Assembly: GCA_051530055.1 (NCBI GenBank)
Contig: CM121342.1
Coordinates: 15,577,480-15,641,479, forward strand
DNA from: Neoechinorhynchus agilis
Lineage: Eukaryota; Animalia; Acanthocephala
Length of the DNA: 64,000 nt
Reading direction: 5' to 3'
Shown: positions 12,620-23,159 of the stretch, one piece after another
How positions within the stretch are numbered: the stretch's first letter is position 1
Layout: each line of letters starts with the position of its first letter
Translations under genes and position numbers: made by a program
The notes under the pieces: generated by a model
Seen by the model: only the letters and a program-made list of their open reading frames with translations
The model's database searches: none
Told to the model about the DNA's origin: nothing

Positions 12620-14150
12620 AAATTTCTAAATTATTATTTAGAAGTCTTCACAGGGAGCTAATCCGAAATTACCATTTTGTCCCCTTCGGTGTGGAAACGC
12701 GTGGGGCCTTGGGAGGGTCGGCACTAGCCCTCCTAAAGGACTTGGGGAAACGAATTTACGCATCGACTGGAGAGCCAAGATCGACGTCGTTCTTGGCGCA
12801 AAAAATAAGCATTGCGGTGCAGTGGGGCAATGCGGCTAGCATTTTGGCCAGCGCCGATGAATAGGAGCGTCGAAGAAACTATAAATTATGTATGCTTGCT
12901 TTTGGTTAAATAAAACTTTATCACTAGTAAATATTTTTTCGATTAGAAACATTTTGCGAGCCACGTAACGGGTTCATCATCAGCTTTGTTTGTTAGCATC
13001 TTTTAATAATAAACTCATGATAAATTCCACGAGGTTCGCGGAACTTTTTTAATAAAAAATTATTTATCGCGGGTAAATACCTCCAAACAATATTTCTAGA
13101 AATTTTGTATATTTCGATATGTGACAAGGTACCGGAGCTTATGATTAGAGAATTATTGTTTAGAAGTATTCACCCGGTAAATATTTTTCGATTAAAAACA
13201 TTTTGCGAGCCACGCAAGGGGCTCATACTCAGCTTTGTTTGCTAGCGTCGATAATAAACCCGACGAGGTTCGCGGAACATGTTTAATAAAAAAATTATTT
13301 ATCGGGTTTATACTTCTAAATAATAATTCTAGAAATTTTGTGCATATCGACATGTGACAAGGTACCGGGATTTATGATTAGAGAATTATTGTTTAGAAGT
13401 CTTTAGTCGGTAGATATTTTTTCGATTAAAAGCATTTTGGGAGCCACGCAAGGGGCTCATCCTCAGCTTTGTTTGTTACCGTCGATAGTGAACCCGACGA
13501 GGTTCGCGGAACTTTTTAATAAAAAAATTATTTATCGGGTTTATACTTCTAAATAATAATTCTAGAAATTTTGTATATATCGATTTGTTGCAAGGTACCG
13601 GGGCTTATGATTAGAGAATTATTGTTTCGTACTCTTCACCCGGTGAATATTTTTTCGATTATAAGCATTTCGCGAGTCACGTAATGGGTTCATCATCAGC
13701 TTTGTTTGCTAGCGTCGATAATGAGCTCGACGTGGTTCGCGGAACTTTTTTAATAAAAAAATTATTTACCGGGTTAATACTTCTAAATTATAATTCTAGA
13801 AATTTTGTATATTTCGATATGTGACAAGGTACAGGGGTTTATTATTAGAGAATTATTGTTTAGAAGTCTTCACCCGGTAAATATTTTTTGGGTTAAAAGC
13901 ATTCCGCGAGCCACGTAATGGTTTCATCCTCAGCTTTGTTTGCTTGCGTCGATAATGAAGCCGACGAGGTTCGCGGAACTTTTTTAATAAAAAAATTATT
14001 TATCGGGTAAATACCTCTAAACAATATTTCTAGAAATTTTGTATATTTCGATATGTGACAAGGTACAGGTGTTTATTATTAGAGAATTATTGTTTAGAAG
14101 TCTTCACCAGGTAAATATTTTTTTGTCACATATCGATAGACAAAATTTCT
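12620..14150 (+). repeat. Tandem array of foldback family F1, period 233-234 bp, about 6 units
   Basis: gatatgtgacaagg marker at 13116, 13349, 13582, 13816, 14050; each unit has inverted arms aattattgtttagaagt..acccggtaaata / tatttaccgggt..acttctaaa.aataatt. Confidence 0.95.
12652..12920 (+). mobile_element. 5'-truncated CRE-like retrotransposon 3' end (restriction-like endonuclease C-terminus) inserted in the first F1 unit
   Basis: NYHFVPFGVETRGALGGSALALLKDLGKRIYASTGEPRSTSFLAQKISIAVQWGNAASILAS*; flanks continue the F1 arm gaagtcttcac ^ ..gtaaatattttttcg. Confidence 0.85.
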
Positions 14151-14624
14151 GTTTCAAATAACCCAAAGGCTTTAGCGTGCGGTAAACATATAAAAGATTG
14201 CAAGAGAATTACGTTTTCGATAATTGTCTTAATGTCTTTGGTGCTCAGCCATTTGTTCGTCATTGATTATGAACATCACTAAGGAAATGTCAACGTGAGG
14301 ACTTGTCTACTTGACTTAAAACGAAAACACTTAAAAATTGCGCCTCGATTGCGCAAAATGAACCTTGTGTTTATCTAGTGCTTTTTTGGTAAAGAAATTT
14401 TTCCTTTCCCTGGGTTCATGTTGTTAGTGTTCAAAGTCATTTTTTCTTGGAAATTGGTTGAATGTTTCAATTATCAAAGCATTGCAGCTCGGTTAATCCA
14501 TTTAACAGTAACACAATTTTTTCTTGAAATCGAACGGAAATTCATTCTTCAAATTATCGTATGTTTGCTATGATTCTTGTGAAGATATTTTGTGACAATC
14601 GTTGTCGTCGTTGGCCGCCTCCCG

Positions 14625-14830
14625 TTCCAGAATTTGTCGTGGTTATCGCCTATGTGTTCTTGAATTTGAGACCAGTCAAATTAATTATTGTATGGCTTTC
14701 TATCAAAAAACGGGAATGAGGACCCTAATTCCATGACAAAACTAGAAGTTGGGACGATGGTGAGGATTAACGGTGGCAGCGGTCGCCTGAGTCTGTTTTC
14801 CTCTGATTGTGGATCACCGTTGAGGAACGT
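14625..14830. repeat. Unclassified dispersed repeat (other copies at 35255-35585 and, inverted and partial, 1330-1400)
   Basis: Shared ccatgacaaaactagaagttgggacgatggtgaggattaacggtggcagcggtcgcc. Confidence 0.8.
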
Positions 14831-15538
14831 AGTTGACTAATTTTTTGTCCTTATTAAACAGTTCCTTATATTCAACAAGTTTAGAATGTTTGACCCTCTT
14901 ACAGGTTTTTTTACGTGGTTTCTTTTCTGAATGAACTCTAAATTCGTAACCGAGGAAACTGTACGACTCTCAGGATGAAAATATGTTTACTACGCAAACT
15001 CTATATTCAACAAAAAATATCTCAAATTTAGCAGTCCTGTTTGTTTTCGGCTATCGATGCGTAACCGTTTTTTATTTGTATGCTTTTTACGTGCATATTA
15101 ATTTTTTATAACAATTTTACTACGTCGAAAGATTAACCGAACTACCTTATACAAACCATAATTTAGAAGTCATATAAGAAAATGTTTGTGCAGGTTTTTA
15201 GGTCGGCTTCAGTTAAACGTCCATTAAATTTCGTGCAATCCACTTCATAGGTACAGTATAACGTCGCTGATCTGAATTTTTCGGGATAACCGAAACCCCA
15301 ATGTTATGTATCCAGTTTTTAAAGCTAGATTACGCATATCAGAGTTCTTAACATGCGGAAAAAGTGCTTTAAAAAGAAAAAAATTGGCGTAGAATTACAT
15401 AATTTTAGCCTTATTTTGTTAACACGCTCGTTTTTCCGCTGCAAGGCCTCTGATTCTCTTCTAGCAGCACTAGTTGAGTAGGACAACATTCCGATACGGA
15501 TAACTGACGTTCCAATGTATTATCGATTTTTTGCAGAA

Positions 15539-18473
15539 ATGAACGCTAAAACGCCACTGCCTATCCACAAGCATCGTGAACGAATTCAATCATCTTGTGA
15601 GTCAAACTCGGCAGTGATTATTGTTGGCGAAACGGCCTGTGGAAAGACTACTCAGGTGCCTCAGTTTCTTCTTAGGAGTAACAAACGCATCGCTTGTACT
15701 CAACCTCGGAGAATAGCTGCCATCAGCGCCGCCCGAAGAGTTAGTTCCGAACGGAACTGTGAATGTGGCTCTGAAGTTGGGTACTCTGTGCGATTCGATC
15801 AATGTTACAGTGGTGAGACTCGCATTCTTTATATGACAGACGGAATGCTGGTTCGAGATGCCATGAACAATCCGGATTTAAAGTCATTCTCTACCATAAT
15901 ATTAGATGAAGTGCACGAGCGTTCCATTCAAACCGATATTTTATTGGCAATCGTAAAAAGAGCCCAACAATTGAGGACTGATTCGTCTAACCGTCTTAAT
16001 GTCGTTTTGATGTCGGCTACCATGGACGTTGATTCTTTTAGCGAATTCCGACTTTTACTCAACTTAATGGGATGTTACAGTTGATCGTTAGATAATTTTA
16101 GAACATTGACTTTTGATCAGATATCTTATGTATTAATGCTATCGATGTGTAAACTTGGATTTTATATTTGTTAAAGAAAAATTATTAAGGACGTTTCACT
16201 CATATTGAAAGGATAAAACCCTAGATTAAATATTAGCTTCGCAAATCGCCATTGTCAATTTTCTCCAATTTTCAAAGGAAAAGTCGGAATTTAAGTAAAG
16301 AATATTTTGGCCATTCATCGTCGCAACCACCGCCGATTCTTTATCTTAAAGGTAGAGAGTTCAAGTACAGGATATACCATTTAGAACAAGACGATTCGCC
16401 GAACTATATACAATTATCGTTAAGGACGCTTGATTTCCTACACAAGCGAAGGCCGCGTAGCGAGGGTATTCTGATATTCTTGACAGGCCAAGAAGAAATC
16501 GACTCTTTTGTAGGTACCCTATTGAAATTTTATCGTCCAGACGAACTAAAACCATTCGGTCTCTACTCCAATATGAACGCCGCTCGTCAGTATCAGGTCT
16601 GCATCTGGAGGAGTAATACGAATATCCGTAAAATCGTGGTTGCTACAAACGTTGCTGAAACGTCCCTTACAATCGCAGGGATTAGTCATGTGATTGATTC
16701 TGGTAAGGTAAAACAAAAGATTTACAAGCCCGGTAAGAAGATCTCAGTTATGATGGTTGTTCAATGCTCCCAAGCTCAAGCTCTCCAGAGGGCTGGAAGG
16801 GCCGGGCGCGAAGGGCCGAAAGGTCGCTGTTATCGGATGTATAGTGAGAAGTGTTATTTAGAACAAATGCCAGGACAGACGCAGCCTGAGATTGAACGCT
16901 GTTCCCTTTCTGGTGCTCTGTTGTCTTTGATCGCCGCTGGATTCAGTGATCCCGTAAATGGCTTGAACTATTTTACAAGACCCAACGAACAAGCTTTAAT
17001 CGGCAATGTTTATTCTTAGTATCATATATCATTGTCTTCGGGGTAAATTTGATTGTACGTTGACGAATCCTGTCCTCGATGTTATCGATACTCATTTATA
17101 AATTGCGAAATAATTCACAAGGTTTTCCTTGCCTAAGCAATAGCGACTGAAGAGGCAAGGAAAAACCGTGTGAAATATTTCGCAATTAATAAATGAGTAT
17201 CGATAACACCGGGCACATGATTCGTCGACGTACAATATTCTTAGTATATTTTGTTTTCTAAGCATGTATTTTCTCTACTTCAGCCCATACAATTTGCAAA
17301 GGACTTTATCCAGCTGGATTATCGTACTCTATGGAAACTTTAATCGTGTCATCTTTTTTTCAGTAACGAAACGTTTAAAAACACGTTTTTGTGTAATGAA
17401 CTGATCCTTGGTATACGTTTAGGTACCATGGAGTTATTAAAATTAAGTTGAATTTAGACCACAAGGAACTTTAGGAGAGTTTGAACCATATTGGTTTTTT
17501 ATTGGGTTCTCCATTTTCTTAGTCGTCTAAAATGAATGATCATTGCCAGTAGAGGACGCAATTGAGGAACTAACTGAACTTGAATTCATCGCACCGAATG
17601 AATGTGGTTATAATTTAACGAAACTTGGCAAAACTGCGACTCGTTTCCCACTGGATCCCAGGTGTTTGTCAGGCTCTAATTTTTATTCATATCCAAATGT
17701 TTAGGCTTTCAAAAGTATTGATCGGATCATGGAAATTGGGTTGCACTTCGGATGCTTTAAATTTGATATCGATACTAAGTGTCGATTCAATATTCTTAAT
17801 AAAAAATCACGAGTCCAAAGAGGATCATGCGAGGCAATCGTTTTTTAGTGAAGACGGTGACCACTTCACTTGCCTGAGGGCGCTTTCAGCCTACAAGAAG
17901 GCTAAGGAGAAATCGGTTGGTATGTGCGACGTATGCTAGTTTAGTTTTAACGATTCCCTAGATGTTTAGTCGTTTTGCCGTAAAAGTGGACTGAACTCGA
18001 AGAACATGAAGATGTCTTTGGCGATTCGAAAGCAGTTGAGATTAACGTGCAACAGTCTCAAAATAGATTCAAATATTCACTCTCTTGATTGCGATCGGAA
18101 CCGAAACTTGTTAAAGTGTTTGGGGTGTGGATTTGGAGATCACATTGCACGTAGGATGGACAGAAATCAATATCGAACAGTATGGCCTTTGTAGCCGTAC
18201 ATCCGTGTTAACTCTCGCCACGTTTAGCTCAAAAACGATCAAACTGTCTTTGTTCATCCGTCATCTGTCGCCTACAATTGTGAATCCGAATTTGTACTTT
18301 ATAGTGAAATCTTTCAAAGCGACGACGGATACCTGAATTATTTAAAGTATGCGCATTGAAGTTTGTGACAAATCGAAATTTTTCTTTATAGGATGGTTAG
18401 TTGTCTAAATGCTCAGGAATTCCAAGAGATTCAAGCTTTTCGTGAAACGGTGACTTCAAATATTGGAAAATAA
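15539..18473 (+). CDS. DHX33: DEAH-box RNA helicase, DHX33-like, multi-exon with two non-canonical hairpin introns
   Basis: GETACGKTT, TQPRRIAA, ILDEVHER, MSATMDV, FLTGQEEI, ATNVAETSLTI, QRAGRAGR, HA2 segment TKLGKTATRFPLDP, OB-fold VHPSS; the DHX33 assignment rests on MSATMDVD and overall similarity. Confidence 0.85.
17052..17236. repeat. Foldback element (about 83 bp arms, 18 nt loop) inside DHX33 intron B
   Basis: attgtacgttgacgaatc...ttccttgcct aagcaatagcgactgaag aggcaaggaa...gattcgtcgacgtacaat. Confidence 0.95.
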
Positions 18474-18593
18474 ACCGAAATCTTTGATCGAGCAAGGATT
18501 CAGCTTGAAAATTGGGATATTTTTAAGTCTTTTACGGACACAAAACAAGAAGCAACGCTTACATTTAGTTTTAAAAAATTAAGTGTACTTGAA

Positions 18594-19342
18594 CTATATA
18601 TCGTTTCCTTCGTCACTTGAACTATTCTGTTCGTTAATGACCACTTGATCTTTTTTCGCTATATGGTCGAAATTCACAGTTTTAATCCCAGCAGGTACAG
18701 ATAATCCTATGAAATTGCCCTCTAAAGACGTTCCATTTTTCTTAGCTCCACTCCTCTCCTTTCTCCTCAACTCAGAGTACCTCGGCAGACGATTCATCGC
18801 ACTCTTGCCCAACCAACAACACGACTACGTACTTCTATCACGTTTCTGTGGTAACCGGAAAGTGCCTATAAGGAGAGGCGAAGAAACGTCTACGCAGTGG
18901 ACTCTTCTGAAGCGAATAAGTTCAATGCGTCCCAAAATTCATAAGGGTAAACAATATTGATTCGGTTGTCTTGAAAGTGATATAATACGACGCTCTCATT
19001 TGAAACATTAGCTCAATGTTTAAAGATTAGACATGGAGATTGATCAAAACAGTCTAAAAGATGTTTGAAGATAGAATTATTCATTTTTTATTTATATTGG
19101 AAAATTTGAAGGAATTTTGTTAAATCTAATATTTCAGAAGAATCTTGTAACTAAGATGTGAACTTACATATTACAAAAGTCACAGTGCAAAAAAATGTTG
19201 GATTATATAAAATTGCTTCGATTTTTTCGCCATAAACAAAGTCTAAGAGATTAAATTTTGTGCCAATGTGCAAAAGGTCTGTGCGTTGCCAAGCGAAGTC
19301 ATTCGATTTTTCGCGGAATTTGATAAAAATCGCCGCAAGCAC
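18594..19342 (-). CDS. Possible uncharacterised multi-exon gene
   Basis: Protein-like ORF pieces (DFAWQRTDLLHIGTKF..., SAMNRLPRYSELRRKERSGAKK...) with intron-like gaps; model unresolved. Confidence 0.3.
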
Positions 19343-19809
19343 CTTAATTGTTACAACGAAACAAGCAATTTTCTCGCTTCTTGTTTAAGTATGCAAATCA
19401 CAGCGTTTCAAAGGCATCCTTGATTGTCAAATTCGAATTTTACCAGTCCCATTTGTGCCAAACTTGTCACTATTAAAGCTTGTTTCAAGTACTTAGTATA
19501 AATTATTCTTCCTTTTTCTTAGTTTCGCAACCCGGCCGGATTCAAAAATTCACTAATTTGTTCCCCCGATATTTCACCTCTCGGATAATTCTGACATTTC
19601 CTCTCATGATTTGTCATTGTTAAAGTCTTTTATATTTAAGCACGAATAAAAGACTTTAATTTCGGAATTATCCAAGTTAATTATTAATTTTTACTAGCGC
19701 ACACGCACATATGCAACTGACTAGGTTGTTCGTTTAGAAAATCACACGCTTAAGTACACGTCTTACGGCGTGAAGTTTACCTTTACGAATTCTATTGTGT
19801 ATCCGAATT

Positions 19810-20490
19810 ATAATAATAACACGTTTTATTTGTTAATGCACAAAGAAGAGAAGCGATGTACCTTTTGGTCCTCATGAACACTCGAGTTCTGATTGGATAA
19901 ATGAATGTGCCTGTTGATTTTGGAGTGGATTACAGTTCAGGTCGAGTGGGAAGGTCCGGGCGGGTGGTTATTGTTTGCAGGAGCGCTTGTAAGGTTGGTC
20001 TTTTCTCAGTTTCATTTCGGGTTATGACATCCGAGAATATTGGGCAGCATGGAAAAAGAGGGAGTGTGAAACAAGTTGAGATTTCGAGTGTTGTGCTCGT
20101 GTGGAAAGGAGAATAAAATATGGTAAAAATTGCGGTTCAAGGGGTGATAGGCGTTTTCTTTGTTTTATGAAAATAGCATCAAGCCATTCGGTAAGAGGTG
20201 TGCAAATTTTGGATGCACTTTTATGAAGAATTTCAAGACGGCGGATTTGGGATTTGGATAGGTTGCAAAAGACGGGATAACCGTAGGTTAGGGAGGGTAA
20301 GATAAAGCAGAAGTAAAATTTGTAGAGATCGAGTGAAGGGATTCCTAAATGTCGGAGGTGTTTGAGGAGATTAATTTTAGAGAGTGATGTGCGAATCCCA
20401 TTCCAAATTTGATTGAAATTGGAGACCCAGAATTCTTAGGGAGGTGACTCGTAGGATATCATTTAGAAGCTCGGATGTTCCTCAAAGAAT
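19810..20490 (-). mobile_element. 5'-truncated L2/CR1-like LINE 3' fragment
   Basis: Colinear with 51485-52220; ends in AATAAA-like signal plus (TTA)n tail (aataataacacgttttatttg on +). Confidence 0.8.
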
Positions 20491-20787
20491 ACAAACTTAG
20501 AATCATGATTTTTTACAGTGGCACCCGTGTGCATCTGATTCAGTTTTCGTCGAGAAATGTAGACGTTGAAGTACACTTTTTACCGACCCACCAGCGTGCA
20601 TCTGATTCAGTGTTCCTCGGTTAATACAGACATGGGCACGCACTTCAGTATGTGAACGAAACTCATGATTGTTCAAGTTCGTGTTTATGTGTGTTTGCTT
20701 CAACCTCATCTGAAAGATACTAAAAAATTCTTTAAAACTGTTGAGTTCCATAAAATCAAATTCATTTTTTCCTTGGTCATACATATA

Positions 20788-21906
20788 TCAAGCATTGAGT
20801 CCACAATAGTTCATGGATTTTGTCCAAAGTTCGTCAATGCTGTGCTCATTAGTTGCAGCAGAAGATGGATTTGTTTCCTTGCAATCACTGAAGTACTTTC
20901 CTGTGACTTTTGAAAGTTCGGGGCAAATAGCAAGGTGAATTGAAGTCTGGGCTCCCTCTTCGGAATTCTTTTGAAACGGTTTCATAATTGGACGAACAAA
21001 CATCATTACTCTGTTCCAAAATGATGATTTACTCTCTAATTCATATGCGAAATTCGATCTGACTGCTCCTGGGTGAAGTGAGTTGGCCGTTACGTTTGTG
21101 CCTTTCAGTTTCTTGACCAATCCATTCGTGAACAAGATGTTGTAGAGCTTAGCATTTCCATATCCATACCAAGATGAATTTATCACGTTCTTCATATGAT
21201 CCCAGTCGGGCTTACCCACTGTTCTTATTTATAAGAATCGATACTTTGAAAAGATACAATTTCTTACATTTATGGGCTACGGATGAGACGTTGATAATTC
21301 GTCCCTGCTCTGATTTTTTAATATTTTCAAGAAGAAGATTGGTGAACAAAAAGTGTCCGAGGTGGTTGGCCTGAAAATGAATGTCGAACCCGTCTTTGGT
21401 AAGTTCTGGTTTTGTCATAATGCCTAACGAGACACATTAGCGACTACGAATAATGGATAGAAAATTTACCAGCATTATTGATAAGAATATCGATTTTTTC
21501 GTTCTCTTTCGATATTTCTTCTCCGCACCTTTTCACAGATTGAAGTGAATTCAAATCCATTATTTTGTAACTCAGATCTGCATTTGGAAACTCTTTTTTT
21601 AACTCATCTAGAGCTTTTGATGCCTTTTCTTCGTTTCTGCAGGCCATTATCACTTTGCATCCTAAGAGAGAAGGAACATTGAGTTCTTGTGTGACCTTTA
21701 AAGCAAATGAATACCTCTTGGAGCAAGTGATTTCGCAGTCTCGAATCCAATTCCGACGTTCGCTCCTGTTATAACAACGGTTTTACCGTCCAATCGTGTC
21801 TTGCATTCGCAATGATCTATTCCGAGATCGATACGCTTAGCAAAACATCCTGTATATTCGTATACGTACTATTTTTGGCGCAGGGAAGATCATTTATTGA
21901 TAACAT
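20788..21906 (-). CDS. Short-chain dehydrogenase/reductase, retinol dehydrogenase 11-14-like
   Basis: [56 protein letters not shown] (YxxxK), SLHPGAV; internal introns GT-AG; 5' end uncertain. Confidence 0.9.
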
Positions 21907-22669
21907 CTTAAATTCTATTTTAGCGGCTTAGCCAATCGAATCATGTAACGGATGGTCGAAATTATGTAACGAAAAAAGTCTTGCATCGTCTAGCGACGTT
22001 TGAGAGTACACTGAGTAAAAGTATGCACCTAAGCAAGACGTAGGAGCAAAGATTCGAGCTAAAGTAGTTTGCTGAAACAGACGAGCATTCTTGCGATGAA
22101 TCAGAGGTGCAAGCGTTCGGGCACAAGATTCGACATAATTCAAAATGCTACGCACAAAACCGATTTGGCTTCTTTGTAACAATATCGACAACTCTAGAAA
22201 GTTTTGTAGCACATTGATTAGGGTGCTCATAGAGTATTTGATCGCGAAAATGAAGCCTGTAAGTAGGTTTAATGAGTTATCTGAAGTAACACGAGAGGAA
22301 CGTTCACAAAAAAGTTTTCATATCTTGTAAATGAATGACGATGAAAACCTGGGTGGATAATAAATGGTGCAAAAATTAATTGAAGAACCATTGTAATATT
22401 ATGAAATTTGTATGATTTTATTTTCTATTTGCTCGTTTGAACAAATCAATTAGATTAAGACCACAATTAAAGTAAACGTTGCTCTCGAGTCATGCGATGA
22501 AAACATTTAAAGACCACAAACGTTGTTAATTTGATTCAAAAACGATTAATAATATGCTTAGGCCTTCAAGAAATAAAGCGCTGATTCTGGTTTAGGGTTC
22601 TAATATGCTGCTCTTCGATCGCGTTCACACAAAAACTTTTAATTTTTTTCAGAAATATATAATCAAATA

Positions 22670-22804
22670 CTAATATCGGTTTACTACTCCACTACATCGA
22701 CACAGTTTATGAGCTGGAAAACGCCCAAGAACGGACTGGATGTGATTGCCACAACCGGCCCATGTAATCTTCCCGCACCGTTGGCAACGAATGGCATAAC
22801 ACAT
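22670..22804 (-). CDS. 44-aa Cys/His-rich microprotein (CxxxxCxxCGKxTWAGCGxH...CxC)
   Basis: MCYAIRCQRCGKITWAGCGNHIQSVLGRFPAHKLCRCSGVVNRY; ATG at 22804. Confidence 0.75.
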   Translation of the reverse strand: MCYAIRCQRCGKITWAGCGNHIQSVLGRFPAHKLCRCSGVVNRY

Positions 22805-23159
22805 TGTCTTTTTTGGACGATCGCTGCAATCTTCTATGATCGATTTTTCCAATTCACACAGCAATTATACAATCAGATTGCTGAATAAGTTGCCATGGTT
22901 ACAAACGAGCTATTCGCGATTTCATTGGTGGATAGATATATTTTAATTTTTTAGCGAACAACCCTATAGGAATCCTTAAAGACATATGCATATACCTAGA
23001 TTCATCGAATCTCAAATTTGAATTGATAATCACTTAAGCCATCAGACTAAATACACTTTTGACTTTAGCAACAGATCCAGGATTTTTATGATGCAAAAAA
23101 TAACAACACGTGATTTCAGAATGCTAAAACATCGTGTTCTTTCGTTTATTGCCGCGTCT

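Noticed and set aside
21800-21895. Hairpin aatgatcttcc / ggaatagatcatt at the SDR 5' end as another non-canonical intron
   Set aside because: The next AG is 11 nt away, and using it would delete CECK, which matches the conserved CxSKxRLDGK segment. The 5' structure is left unresolved; a 20-nt GT-AG intron is another possibility.
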